From Candidatus Bathyarchaeota archaeon (GTDB lineage: Archaea > Thermoproteota > Bathyarchaeia > Bathyarchaeales > Bathycorpusculaceae), in NCBI GenBank assembly GCA_963720565.1, contig CAVRFW010000007.1:1-64000 (forward strand): a stretch of 64,000 nt of DNA, given 5' to 3'. The notes below the pieces were generated by a model. The model was not told the origin of the DNA. It did not search any database and worked only from the letters and a program-made list of their open reading frames with translations. This document shows, piece after piece, positions 54,381-63,638 of this stretch (its first letter is position 1; each line of letters begins with the position of its first letter). Position numbers and translations under genes: made by a program.

Positions 54381-55876
54381 ATGAGCAAAACTGCAGGGTT
54401 GATGTTTGTTCTTGTCCTCCTCGTACCGCTATGCGTTTTCCCTATTCAACCAGCCAGAGCAGAATCAGGAACAATAATTGTCACCAACGTTAACCAGCTA
54501 GCAAACGCTGTTTATGGTGCGACTGATGGAACCACGATAATCGTGAAAAACGGAACCTACGAGTACCAAGAAAGCCAAACACTAGTTATAAGCAGGTCTA
54601 TCTCGCTCGTGGGTGAAGACCCCGATAGCACAATTCTAAACCTGTATCCCCATCGGATAGATCCGCCTTATCCTTACTCTACGCCTTACTATGAAAATGC
54701 AATCGAGGTTCAAGCCAGCGATGTCTTACTATCAGGTTTTACAATAAATAGCGTCGGTGGCTCCCTCTCGGCAAGTGGAAGCAGAGTCCAAATAACGGGC
54801 AATATGATAAATACGTATGTGGTTGCAGAGGGTCGTTACCAGAATATTTCCTTGAATGTTCTAACTGAAGGAATTCAAAATTATGGAACCTACAACAACA
54901 TCGAAAGAAACACAATCATAGGGCATGGCATTTGGGCAGCTGGCGACTTCAGCATAATCAATGGAAACAACATCACGGACTGTAATACTGAATCCGAGGG
55001 TTATGGAATAATGCTGCAGTGGAGTGGAAACACTGTTTTCGGCAATTTCATAGAGAACTGTAATCACGGTGTGAGTGTTTTGGGGACGAGTAGCTTGAAC
55101 AACATCTATTCAAACATGGTTGTCAACAACGTTGGAGGGCTTGAACTTTTTGGTGAAGGAAGCAACAACGCTTTCCATGACAACTACGTAGCCGACAACA
55201 CAATATGGAGTCCTGCTGAGTCACACATACTTGAGGACTGCAGGAGAAAACAACACAGTCTACCATAACAACTTTGTTAATAATGCTGAACAAATTAACA
55301 GTCGTTCTACCTATTACGGTAACTATGGTTCTGAAGCAGCAATCTATCCAATTGGAGACTATGATAATGGCAAGGAAGGTAATTACTGGAGTGACTACAC
55401 TGGAAAAGATGCTGACGGCAACGGAATAGGCGACACTCGCTATTTTAAAGACCTATACCCGCTTATGTACCCGTGGGGTGCCCCGCTTATTTCTATTTTA
55501 GGCTTGGAGAATGCGACATACTCTGGAAATGTTTCTCTGAACTTCAGGGTTAACAAGCCGACTTCTTGGATGGGTTATAGCCTTGACGGATTTTACAATG
55601 TAACCATTGATGGAAACTTGACTCTCACGGGCTTATCAAGCGGTTTGCACAGCATAACTGTATACGCAAAGGACATGTTTGAAAACGCTGGAACTTCAGA
55701 AACAATTTTCTTCACTACAGCGGAAAAACCAGAACCTGAGCAAGATTCTTTCCCAACAACACTACTCATCGGATCCATAATTGCCGTAGTGGCTGTTGTC
55801 GGAGTGGGGTTGCTGGTGTTGTCGGAGTGGGTTGCTGGTTTACCTCAAGAAACGCCGGGGGATTAGGAATCCATGA
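54381..55876 (+). CDS. Secreted NosD/right-handed beta-helix protein with Ig-like domain and C-terminal anchor (frameshifted)
   Basis: Signal peptide, PbH1 repeats, GNYWSDY..DGNGIGD, SFPT-TM-LLVYLKKR. Confidence 0.88.
55794..55838 (+). repeat. Tandem 23/22-nt duplication inside the anchor-coding sequence
   Basis: TGTTGTCGGAGTGGG(G)TTGCTGG occurs twice in tandem. Confidence 0.9.
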
Positions 55877-56646
55877 GTGGCAAAGCGTTAGTATTGGCAC
55901 TGATATTCGTCTTCTCTGTTTCATTGATCGTTAGCGTGCATAATATTCAAGTTGCTACCGCTAATTTCTTTCCGGGTAATGCCCTGCTGATCTCTTCTCC
56001 AACTTCTGGAATGGTTTACGCAAACACTTCTATTCCACTTATTTTAGTGGCTAATGTTGCTAATCCTACCCCTGAGATTGTGAGCCTTGCTTACAGTCTT
56101 GACGAAAACCCAAATGTAACTCTGACCAATTTGAACAAGACACTTCGCCCCCCAGGTCACATTGACGGTTCCCAATTCTTTGCAGAACTAGTTTTGGAGA
56201 ATCTGTCTGAAGGCAACCACACGCTCAAAGCTTATTCGCAGGATGATTCTGGCGTGCAGATGTCAGCGTCAGTGGAGTTTATGATTGATACAAACTACCA
56301 GACGCCACTTTTGGTTCTGTCCCCCCAAAACATTACCTACTACACAACTGAAGTTCCTCTGACTTTTGTTTGCAGTGAGGAATTCACGTTTGTGTCTCCT
56401 GATTACGTGCTAGACGGTATAGGCATGGGACCTATTTCCGGGAATTTGACTTTGACTGGATTGTCCCTTGGTAAACATGAAATAACAGTTATCGTTTGGA
56501 CTGTGAGGGGAGTTTTTTCTCAAACAGTCTACTTCAGCGTTTCGGAGCCAGAGCCTTTCCCAACCCCGCTGGTCATAAGCTTCGTAATCGCATTGATTGC
56601 TGTTGGCTTGGGTTTGCTGGTTTACTTCAAGAAACGCAAGCGTTAA
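55873..56646 (+). CDS. Secreted Ig-like (two-domain) surface protein with EPFPT...LLVYFKKR anchor
   Basis: Signal peptide, ISSP..YSLD..LSEGNHTL repeats, EPEPFPT, TM, basic tail. Confidence 0.85.
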   Translation: MSGKALVLALIFVFSVSLIVSVHNIQVATANFFPGNALLISSPTSGMVYANTSIPLILVANVANPTPEIVSLAYSLDENPNVTLTNLNKTLRPPGHIDGSQFFAELVLENLSEGNHTLKAYSQDDSGVQMSASVEFMIDTNYQTPLLVLSPQNITYYTTEVPLTFVCSEEFTFVSPDYVLDGIGMGPISGNLTLTGLSLGKHEITVIVWTVRGVFSQTVYFSVSEPEPFPTPLVISFVIALIAVGLGLLVYFKKRKR

Positions 56647-56722
56647 GCAGAATTGTTGAGTCAATAAAGTTTTACAAAAACGATTTTATCACGCCGTCAC
56701 CCCGATGTAACTGGGAACAGAC

Positions 56723-56833
56723 ATGAACAAGAATGCGGGAGTGTTAATCGTTCCGGTTCTCCTAACTTCGCCTTTCTATGCGCAGCCTAATGCAGCTTTT
56801 GCTGCCTCTGGAGGTGAAGAACGCAATGAGTAA
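56723..56833 (+). pseudogene. Signal-peptide-only remnant of a NosD-type gene with its promoter
   Basis: MNKNAGVLIVPVLL resembles MSKTAGLMFVLVLL (54381); upstream TTTACAAAAAC...GGAACAGA is shared. Confidence 0.6.
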
Positions 56834-57536
56834 ACTCAAAGAGATTGCACTATTCATCGTCATAACTGTAATAATTGCTGTACCCCTCTACTTCCTTACC
56901 CTCACTGGCTACAGCTACGGTACTACTGACAAGTGGATCTTGATTGCGTTGAACGTGGTTTTCCTTGCCCTCTTTCTCCTGTTTCTACCCTTCAAGAAGA
57001 AGGTGGCGCGTCTGCCCAACAGCGTCTATCTCGCCTTCATACTAGCTCTCTACGTGGAGATGTATGGCATCCCACTGACAATGTTTCTGTTCGCAGGCTT
57101 CTTCGGACAAAACAACATATTCTCGCTCGAGTTCCTCCTCGCAGGCGTGGTAGGTCAAGAAACGTTCTACCGCGTTTTCAACACCTACATCTTTCCCCTG
57201 TCCAAAATCATTATGGGCATAGGCATACTGCTGATCATTTACGGTTGGAGGGCAATCTACAAGGGTAGAAAAGAAGGCAAGCTTGTGACCACAGGCCTCT
57301 ATGGCGTCATCCGCAACCCGCAATACGTAGGCTTCCTGTTGATCACTCTGGGGTTAAATGTGATGTGGCTGACCATAATCACGCTCATACTCTGGCCTAT
57401 ACTGGCAGTGCTTTACTGGCAGCTCTCAAAAAGAGAAGACAAAGACATGGAGAAACAGTTTGGGCAAGAATTCGTAGATTACAAGAATAGGGTTCCAGGC
57501 TTTTTCCCACGCTTGCGGAAGCGTTCTGCCTCTTAG
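56826..57536 (+). CDS. Isoprenylcysteine carboxyl methyltransferase (PEMT/ICMT) family membrane protein
   Basis: LYVEMYGIPLT, LVTTGLYGVIRNPQYVG, REDKDMEKQFG..Y..RVPGFFP. Confidence 0.88.
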   Translation: MSKLKEIALFIVITVIIAVPLYFLTLTGYSYGTTDKWILIALNVVFLALFLLFLPFKKKVARLPNSVYLAFILALYVEMYGIPLTMFLFAGFFGQNNIFSLEFLLAGVVGQETFYRVFNTYIFPLSKIIMGIGILLIIYGWRAIYKGRKEGKLVTTGLYGVIRNPQYVGFLLITLGLNVMWLTIITLILWPILAVLYWQLSKREDKDMEKQFGQEFVDYKNRVPGFFPRLRKRSAS

Positions 57537-57644
57537 GAGAGAAGAGATGCGCTATCTTGCATTTCAATCTCTCCCGGGAAAAACCGCTGGATTATGGAAA
57601 CCCCCAGAAATAAGCATGGCGACAAAAGTGGATGGAGACTAGGC

Positions 57645-59831
57645 ATGAAAGTAGTACACGAAATAATGTTAACATTGTTGCTGACCAGCGTGTTAACATT
57701 ACCTTTCTCCGTTGAACTCGTTCGATCCGAAGCATTAACCATTGTCATTATGGCTGATGGGACAATTGCCCCTTCAACAGCACCCTTTCTTCGGGATGGA
57801 AACCGTTACGCGTTTACCGGCAACGTTTTTGGCGAAATTGTGGTGGAGAAAAGCAACGTAACAGTGGATGGAAACGGGTATACTCTTCAGGGTTCAGGAA
57901 GCGGAAGTGGGATCAAACTGGCAGGAGTAAATGGCGTCACGATACAGAACACAAATATCCAAAGCTTCACATCCGGCCTCTGGTTTGACGGTTCTTCTGG
58001 AAACACAGTCTTTTCAAACACAATAGCAAACTGCAGCTATGATGGAATTCGTCTTGACGGATCTTCTGGCAATACCATCTCCAGCAACACAATTAAAGAC
58101 AACTATCAGAGCATCCGCCTTCATAGCTCTCCAGACAACAACATCTACAGGAATGTTATAACAAACAGCTACCACGCCGTCTTTTTGCACAGTTCCTCTG
58201 ACAACACCATCTCCGAGAACACGATAACAAACATTTACCTTAGAGGCTTCGAACTCTACAGTTCTTCAGACTTCAACACTATATCCAAAAACAACTTGAC
58301 AAACAGCTTCAGAAGCATATGGCTTTCTGTTTCTTTCAATAACACTTTTTTTGGTAACACAATAACAGGAAACAACTACGAGGGTTTCTCCTTCTACGGT
58401 GCATCCAACAACACCATTTCCGGAAACACCATAACAAACAGCAACTATGACGGCATTTCCCTCTACGGTTCTTCGGAATCTAACACAATAATCCAGAACA
58501 CCTTCAGGGACAATTATCACGGAATCAACTTGCATGATCACTCAAGATTCAACGTGATTTCCGAAAACACGATAACGAACAGCAACCGCGGCATCCACCT
58601 TCATGGATCTTCACAACTCAACACCATCAATGGAAATACCATAACAAACAATTACGAGGGCATTTACCTCGACAGTTCTACAGAGCTTAACACAGTTTCC
58701 CAAAACATTATAACCGACAGTAACCGCGGCATATACCTAGATGGTTCCTCCAAAAATAGTATTTCCAATAACACCTTAACAAGCAACACCGAAGGAATCT
58801 CATTGTATGGCTCTTCTGAATTAAACGCCATCTCTGGAAACATAATAACAAAGAACGACTATGACGGCATCCACATCTACGATTCCCGATACAACACAGT
58901 CTCTGAAAACATCCTGACTGAAAACTATAATGGCATCTATCTAGATGGTTCCTCCAACAACACTGTTTCCGCAAATTCTATAGAAAATAATGGCAATGAT
59001 GGCATATGCCTAGATGATTATTCTGACTCCAACATTGTATCTGGAAACCTATTGAGAAACAATGGTTACGACGGCATCTATATCTATGGTTACTCAAAAT
59101 TCAATTTCATCTCAGCTAACACGATAAGGGACAATGGCTACGACGGCGTCTTCCTTTATTGTTCTGACAACAACACAATCTCCCAGAGCGTGATAGCGAA
59201 CAACTTCAGAGGGATCTTTTTCTGGAATTCTTCAGGAAACATCATCTCTGGAAACGCAATAGCAGACAACCGCTATGACGGCATGTGCCTCCACGGCGCT
59301 TATAACAAAATCTTCGGAAATAACATAACAGACAGCAATTACGACGGCATTGGCCTTCACGGTGCATTCAACGTAATATTCGGAAACAACATATCGGGCA
59401 GCGACTATGACGGCATCCACATCTATGATTCAGTTTACAACACGGTTTTCCATAACAACCTCGTCAACAATACACTTTCTGCTCGCTTATCAGACAGCAC
59501 CAGTAGTTTGGACGGAGGCTATCCTTCAGGCGGTAATTATTGGAGCGACTACACAGGAATCGATGAGTATTCTGGCGCTAATCAAGATAAGCCGGGTAGC
59601 GATGGCATAGGCGACACCCCATATGTTATCGATGAAAACAACCAAGACAATTACCCGCTAATGGCGCCATTTGCAGGCGATAACGACGACATAGTGTTGC
59701 CCACTGAAGAAGTGTTTCCGTTAGCGCAGGTTGTTGTTGCTTCTCTAATTTTTGCTGCTGCTGGTGTGGTTCTGCTGGTTTATTTCCAGAAACGCCAGAA
59801 GGACAAGAATTTATGCAGAACAAGGCAATAG
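57645..59831 (+). CDS. Large NosD/PbH1 beta-helix surface protein with C-terminal anchor
   Basis: Many GIxLxxSSxNTISxNTI repeats, GGNYWSDY, DGIGDTPY, DNYPLM, VFP-TM-LLVYFQKR. Confidence 0.92.
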   Translation: MKVVHEIMLTLLLTSVLTLPFSVELVRSEALTIVIMADGTIAPSTAPFLRDGNRYAFTGNVFGEIVVEKSNVTVDGNGYTLQGSGSGSGIKLAGVNGVTIQNTNIQSFTSGLWFDGSSGNTVFSNTIANCSYDGIRLDGSSGNTISSNTIKDNYQSIRLHSSPDNNIYRNVITNSYHAVFLHSSSDNTISENTITNIYLRGFELYSSSDFNTISKNNLTNSFRSIWLSVSFNNTFFGNTITGNNYEGFSFYGASNNTISGNTITNSNYDGISLYGSSESNTIIQNTFRDNYHGINLHDHSRFNVISENTITNSNRGIHLHGSSQLNTINGNTITNNYEGIYLDSSTELNTVSQNIITDSNRGIYLDGSSKNSISNNTLTSNTEGISLYGSSELNAISGNIITKNDYDGIHIYDSRYNTVSENILTENYNGIYLDGSSNNTVSANSIENNGNDGICLDDYSDSNIVSGNLLRNNGYDGIYIYGYSKFNFISANTIRDNGYDGVFLYCSDNNTISQSVIANNFRGIFFWNSSGNIISGNAIADNRYDGMCLHGAYNKIFGNNITDSNYDGIGLHGAFNVIFGNNISGSDYDGIHIYDSVYNTVFHNNLVNNTLSARLSDSTSSLDGGYPSGGNYWSDYTGIDEYSGANQDKPGSDGIGDTPYVIDENNQDNYPLMAPFAGDNDDIVLPTEEVFPLAQVVVASLIFAAAGVVLLVYFQKRQKDKNLCRTRQ

Positions 59832-60889
59832 CACTAACACTTATCTTGTCTCTCTTTTGCCTACCGCCTGTTAGAGCTTTTGAGGTAACGGCCACTTTGA
59901 CTTTGGAGAATCCAGGCGGTTATTACGGCGTGGCTTATGATTCTGGCAAAGGAGAAGTCTTTTTGACCAATGTGGATTTCGATTTGGTCTACGTAATTTC
60001 AGACAGTAACAATGCAGTAGTCGCAAGTATACCCGTGGGGAGACAGCCTGTGGGAATAGCTTATGATTCTGCGAAGGGTGAACTATTCGTTGCCAATTAT
60101 GGTTCCAATTCGGTTTCGGTTATTTCGGACAGTAACAATACCGTAATTGCAGACATACCCTGTGGGACCGCGCCCTTTGCCGTGGCTTATGATTCCGGTA
60201 AGGGCGAAATCTTCGTGTCCAACTATAATTCTAGTTCTGTCTCGGTGATATCGGATAGCACCTATACCGTAGTCGCAAACATAAGCGTGGGAATTCAACC
60301 CTGTGCTCTAGCCTATGATTCGGGTAAAGGAGAGATATTTGTGGGGCATGCTGGCTGCAATCAGGTTTTGGTGATATCGGACACCACTTACGCCGTTGTC
60401 GCAAACATAACTGTGCAAGATCCCTTGAGTTTGGTTTATGATTCCGGTAAAGGAGAAGTCTTTGTGGCTAACTATAATTCAAGTTCGGTCTCAATTATAT
60501 CAGACGCTACAAACCAGATTGTTGCAACCGTAAATGTGGGAGCAAATCCCGTAGGTATCGCGTATGATTCGGGTAATGGCCAAGTCTATGTGGCAAATTA
60601 CAATTCGAGCTCGGTCTCAGTGATATCCGACAGTAACAATACTGTAATTGCAAATGTAGCTCTGGAAAGCCATCCGCAGGGTATAGGTTTTGATTCTGGT
60701 AAGGGAGAGATATTTGTGACTTATTCTGAAAGCAACAGGATTTCGGTGATATCAATTTCCTCTATCCCACTGCCCGGTCCATCCGTTCCGGAGTATCCAA
60801 TATGGACGATTCTGCCTTTGACTGCCATATTACTAGGGGTCTTGTGTGCTGGCTTGCTGGTTTACGTCAAGAAACGCCACAAGCTCTGA
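59813..60889 (+). CDS. YncE/YVTN beta-propeller surface protein
   Basis: Seven (A)YDSGKGE(I/V)FVxN..VSVISD repeats; VPEYP-TM-LLVYVKKR. Confidence 0.92.
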   Translation: MQNKAIALTLILSLFCLPPVRAFEVTATLTLENPGGYYGVAYDSGKGEVFLTNVDFDLVYVISDSNNAVVASIPVGRQPVGIAYDSAKGELFVANYGSNSVSVISDSNNTVIADIPCGTAPFAVAYDSGKGEIFVSNYNSSSVSVISDSTYTVVANISVGIQPCALAYDSGKGEIFVGHAGCNQVLVISDTTYAVVANITVQDPLSLVYDSGKGEVFVANYNSSSVSIISDATNQIVATVNVGANPVGIAYDSGNGQVYVANYNSSSVSVISDSNNTVIANVALESHPQGIGFDSGKGEIFVTYSESNRISVISISSIPLPGPSVPEYPIWTILPLTAILLGVLCAGLLVYVKKRHKL

Positions 60890-60970
60890 TTGTATGCTGA
60901 CTGCGTTCCTGTGGCGGAACAATGTGTTCCTTGAGTAGAACTATATAGGATCTTTACCAGTGTATTGGAG

Positions 60971-61837
60971 ATGATTGCAGTGCGAAAGACAACAAAGTTT
61001 CTAAGCTTCATTATCTTAGGATTACTTGCTGCTTCATTGCTTGATTTTCAATCTGTAAAAGCACAATATGCTGATGATGGAAGACCATTCCCCCTTGCTT
61101 CACCAATTGAAATAACTTCACCATCTAACAGCACATATGATTCAGGGTTATTGATGCTCGATATCAGTTTCAAATTGATGCTCAATGTTGAAAAGACAAA
61201 CATAACAGTGCTTTACAGCCTGGATGGAAAAGAAAACACCACTGTCGCAGTATCAACAAAACTCTTTCCAGTAGAAACAACAATAACTTATGCAAACGGC
61301 TCAACACAAACTGGCATTTCATCACTATTCTCTTATTACATCATCAATGCAAGCGTGGCTTTGCCAGAACTCCCTGAAGGTTTTCACAGCATATCAGTCT
61401 ATGGAAGATATGAGCATGTTGGCGGCTCCAATTACAATGTGCATGATAGTAGCAGGGTTTGCTTTACAATCAATAATGGTAAGGCTCCAGTCATATCAAG
61501 TCTAAGTCTTGAAAACATAACTTACAGTCAAGATAATTTGAACTTGAATTTTACGGTTGACGAGTCAACTTCATGGATGGGTTATTGTTTGGATGAACAG
61601 GCTAACGTTACTTTGACTGGGAATTTCACGCTCACACAGCTGCCCTATGGCTCACACACAATAACTATTTACGCAAATGACACGGTTGGAAACATGGGCT
61701 CCTCTGCAACGATCAACTTCAGCATAGCACAACCGTTCCCAACTGCACTTGCCCTGTCATCCGCAGGCGTAGTGGCTATTGTCGGTTTGGGTCTTCTGGT
61801 TTACCACAAGAAACGCTACAAGCTCAAGATTACATGA
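60971..61837 (+). CDS. Secreted Ig-like surface protein with QPFPT...LLVYHKKR anchor
   Basis: Signal peptide, ITSPSNSTY, YSLDGK, SWMGYCLD, GSHTITIYAND. Confidence 0.85.
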   Translation: MIAVRKTTKFLSFIILGLLAASLLDFQSVKAQYADDGRPFPLASPIEITSPSNSTYDSGLLMLDISFKLMLNVEKTNITVLYSLDGKENTTVAVSTKLFPVETTITYANGSTQTGISSLFSYYIINASVALPELPEGFHSISVYGRYEHVGGSNYNVHDSSRVCFTINNGKAPVISSLSLENITYSQDNLNLNFTVDESTSWMGYCLDEQANVTLTGNFTLTQLPYGSHTITIYANDTVGNMGSSATINFSIAQPFPTALALSSAGVVAIVGLGLLVYHKKRYKLKIT

Positions 61838-61921
61838 AGATTTGTCTAAACTAAAATCTAAACGACCTCTTGAAAAAGAGACTTTCAATCAGTCGACCTT
61901 TAAGTTCTACGAGTGAAATGT

Positions 61922-62795
61922 TCAGTAAAGCGGGGGATTAGGCAACTTTTCCCCAGTAGCAGCGTCAATCAACAATGGGAACAAGTGTCCCTGAGCGAAT
62001 GTACCCAGAGGGTTCAGTAACGACTATCTGCCAGACATACTTGTAAACCACACCTTCCCCGTAGACAGGAGAGTAATCTGACGGCGGAACAGTAATCGGA
62101 CTAATATCGACCACAATTGGCCCAGTGAAGTTATGTCCATCAAGGTCAGTAACCTGTTTCAACGTCCTCAGATAGGCCCCCACTCTCATGCCCTGAAGTG
62201 AAGTCTTGTTCCAACCGCCAGCTCGTAACCCTAGCTGCAGAGCACGATACACTGACACAGAAGGTGAGAATGAAGAATTAACGTTTATGTAGGGAATCAC
62301 TCCGAATTCATCATAGTACGCCATTGCCTCAACGTCGATTGCTTTCAAACGCTCATTTTCCCTCTGAAGGTCAAGAGCCTGAGTGTACTCGTAAAAAGCG
62401 AATGCTGTAGTGACTATCAACAAGGCTGAAAGCAACAGAGCCCCTGATTTCAATCCGACTTTCTGGATGGAGAGACGCCGATTAGCTCCTTTAAGATTCC
62501 CTGTCTCTCTGACAGATGACACGTTTTCCACTGTCTGGATTGTGAGCAAAGCATCTTTTCCTTGTTCGGAAAGGCAGTATTTTCCGTATTCGTCGGTCTT
62601 TATTAGTCCATTGAGCTTGGTCAGGTGATGTTGAAGATGCCCGCTGCTTTCAATGGATACCTTCTTTTTTAAATCAGCAAAGCCGAGTGCTCCTTCACTT
62701 AGAACCTTCAAGAGAACTATGCGAGTTGGATGCCCTAGTGCGTCAAATACCTCTGCACGCTGGCGGTCTTTTTCGACATCTTCGGGTTTTTCCAT
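61922..62795 (-). CDS. Membrane-anchored ArsR-type wHTH regulator with extracellular domain (C-terminal frameshift)
   Basis: FDALGHPTRI..GFADLKK..SSGHLQHHL..GKY, TM helix, extracellular part ending YVWQI...IDAATGE. Confidence 0.82.
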
Positions 62796-63096
62796 TTTTA
62801 GCAGCCCTTTATGTAAAGGGCTCATTTTGATATTTAATTCCTCGTTTGTAGACCTGTCTAGAAATAGAGTGAGAGTTAAGTCCAGTTTTGTGGACCAAGA
62901 CAAGCTAACCAGTTATTGTCTGTAGTTTTTTGTAAGATGTGATTTTAGGATCTGAATGTTAAGTTTGAAAGCCAATAGAGGAGCGAAAAAGCAGGGATGG
63001 AACCAAGGTAGCGGCAGCCACGCGCGCCAATAGAGATTTTTTGGAAGACAATTCCGTAAGGCTTAAAGATTGTTGCTGCTGAAAAGATTAGTTTTC

Positions 63097-63522
63097 TCAA
63101 GATTCCGATTTCTTGCATTGATTGCAATAGGTGTGTATTTCCAAATGTTGCTCAATATGCGAGTGATTCAATTCTGCAGTTATTTGTGACATGAAATCCC
63201 GAATGGTTAGTGATTCATAATTTTGTATCTTTGCGCAGTTCTTGCAGACGATGTTGATGTGGGGTGAAGTGTCTGGATCATATCTGGTGATTCCGTCACG
63301 AAAGCCCAGTTCTTGTAGCATTCCAATCTCTGTGAGCAAGTGCAGTGTCTGATAGACGGTTGCCAAGCTGAGGGTTGGATATTTCTTCTGCATTGCATGG
63401 TGGATGTGTTCAACTGTTGGGTGTTCTTTGCTCGAAAGGATCAGTTCGCAAATCGCCAGACGTTGGGGGGTAACCCTGAAGTCTTTCTCATGTAATTTGG
63501 CGATGAGTTGTTGAGTGTTCAC
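63097..63522 (-). CDS. Fur-family regulator, PerR-like
   Basis: RVTPQRLAI, HPT, SLATVY, RYD..PHINIVCKNC, CNQC; divergent from catalase. Confidence 0.92.
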   Translation of the reverse strand: MNTQQLIAKLHEKDFRVTPQRLAICELILSSKEHPTVEHIHHAMQKKYPTLSLATVYQTLHLLTEIGMLQELGFRDGITRYDPDTSPHINIVCKNCAKIQNYESLTIRDFMSQITAELNHSHIEQHLEIHTYCNQCKKSES

Positions 63523-63539
63523 AGTTACTAACTGTGAAC
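63517..63539. promoter_or_regulatory. Perfect palindrome GTTCACAGTTA-C-TAACTGTGAAC over the fur start
   Basis: 11-bp arms, 1-nt centre. Confidence 0.6.
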
Positions 63540-63581
63540 TAGGTTATATAAAATGTTTTGTAAGAAATAAGAATACTTAAA

Positions 63582-63596
63582 TAATAATGATTACAT
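63582..63596. promoter_or_regulatory. Per/Fur-box-like TAATAATGATTACAT directly after the catalase TATA box
   Basis: Resembles TTATAATnATTATAA; overlaps the 3' edge of CTTAAATA. Confidence 0.5.
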
Positions 63597-63638
63597 CTTT
63601 GTTATGAGTTAAAGTAATAGGGAATGGAGATAGTGAAA

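Noticed and set aside
57900..60760. Regularly spaced DNA repeats resembling a CRISPR array
   Set aside because: They are degenerate in-frame codon repeats of PbH1 and YVTN protein motifs, not identical repeats with unique spacers.
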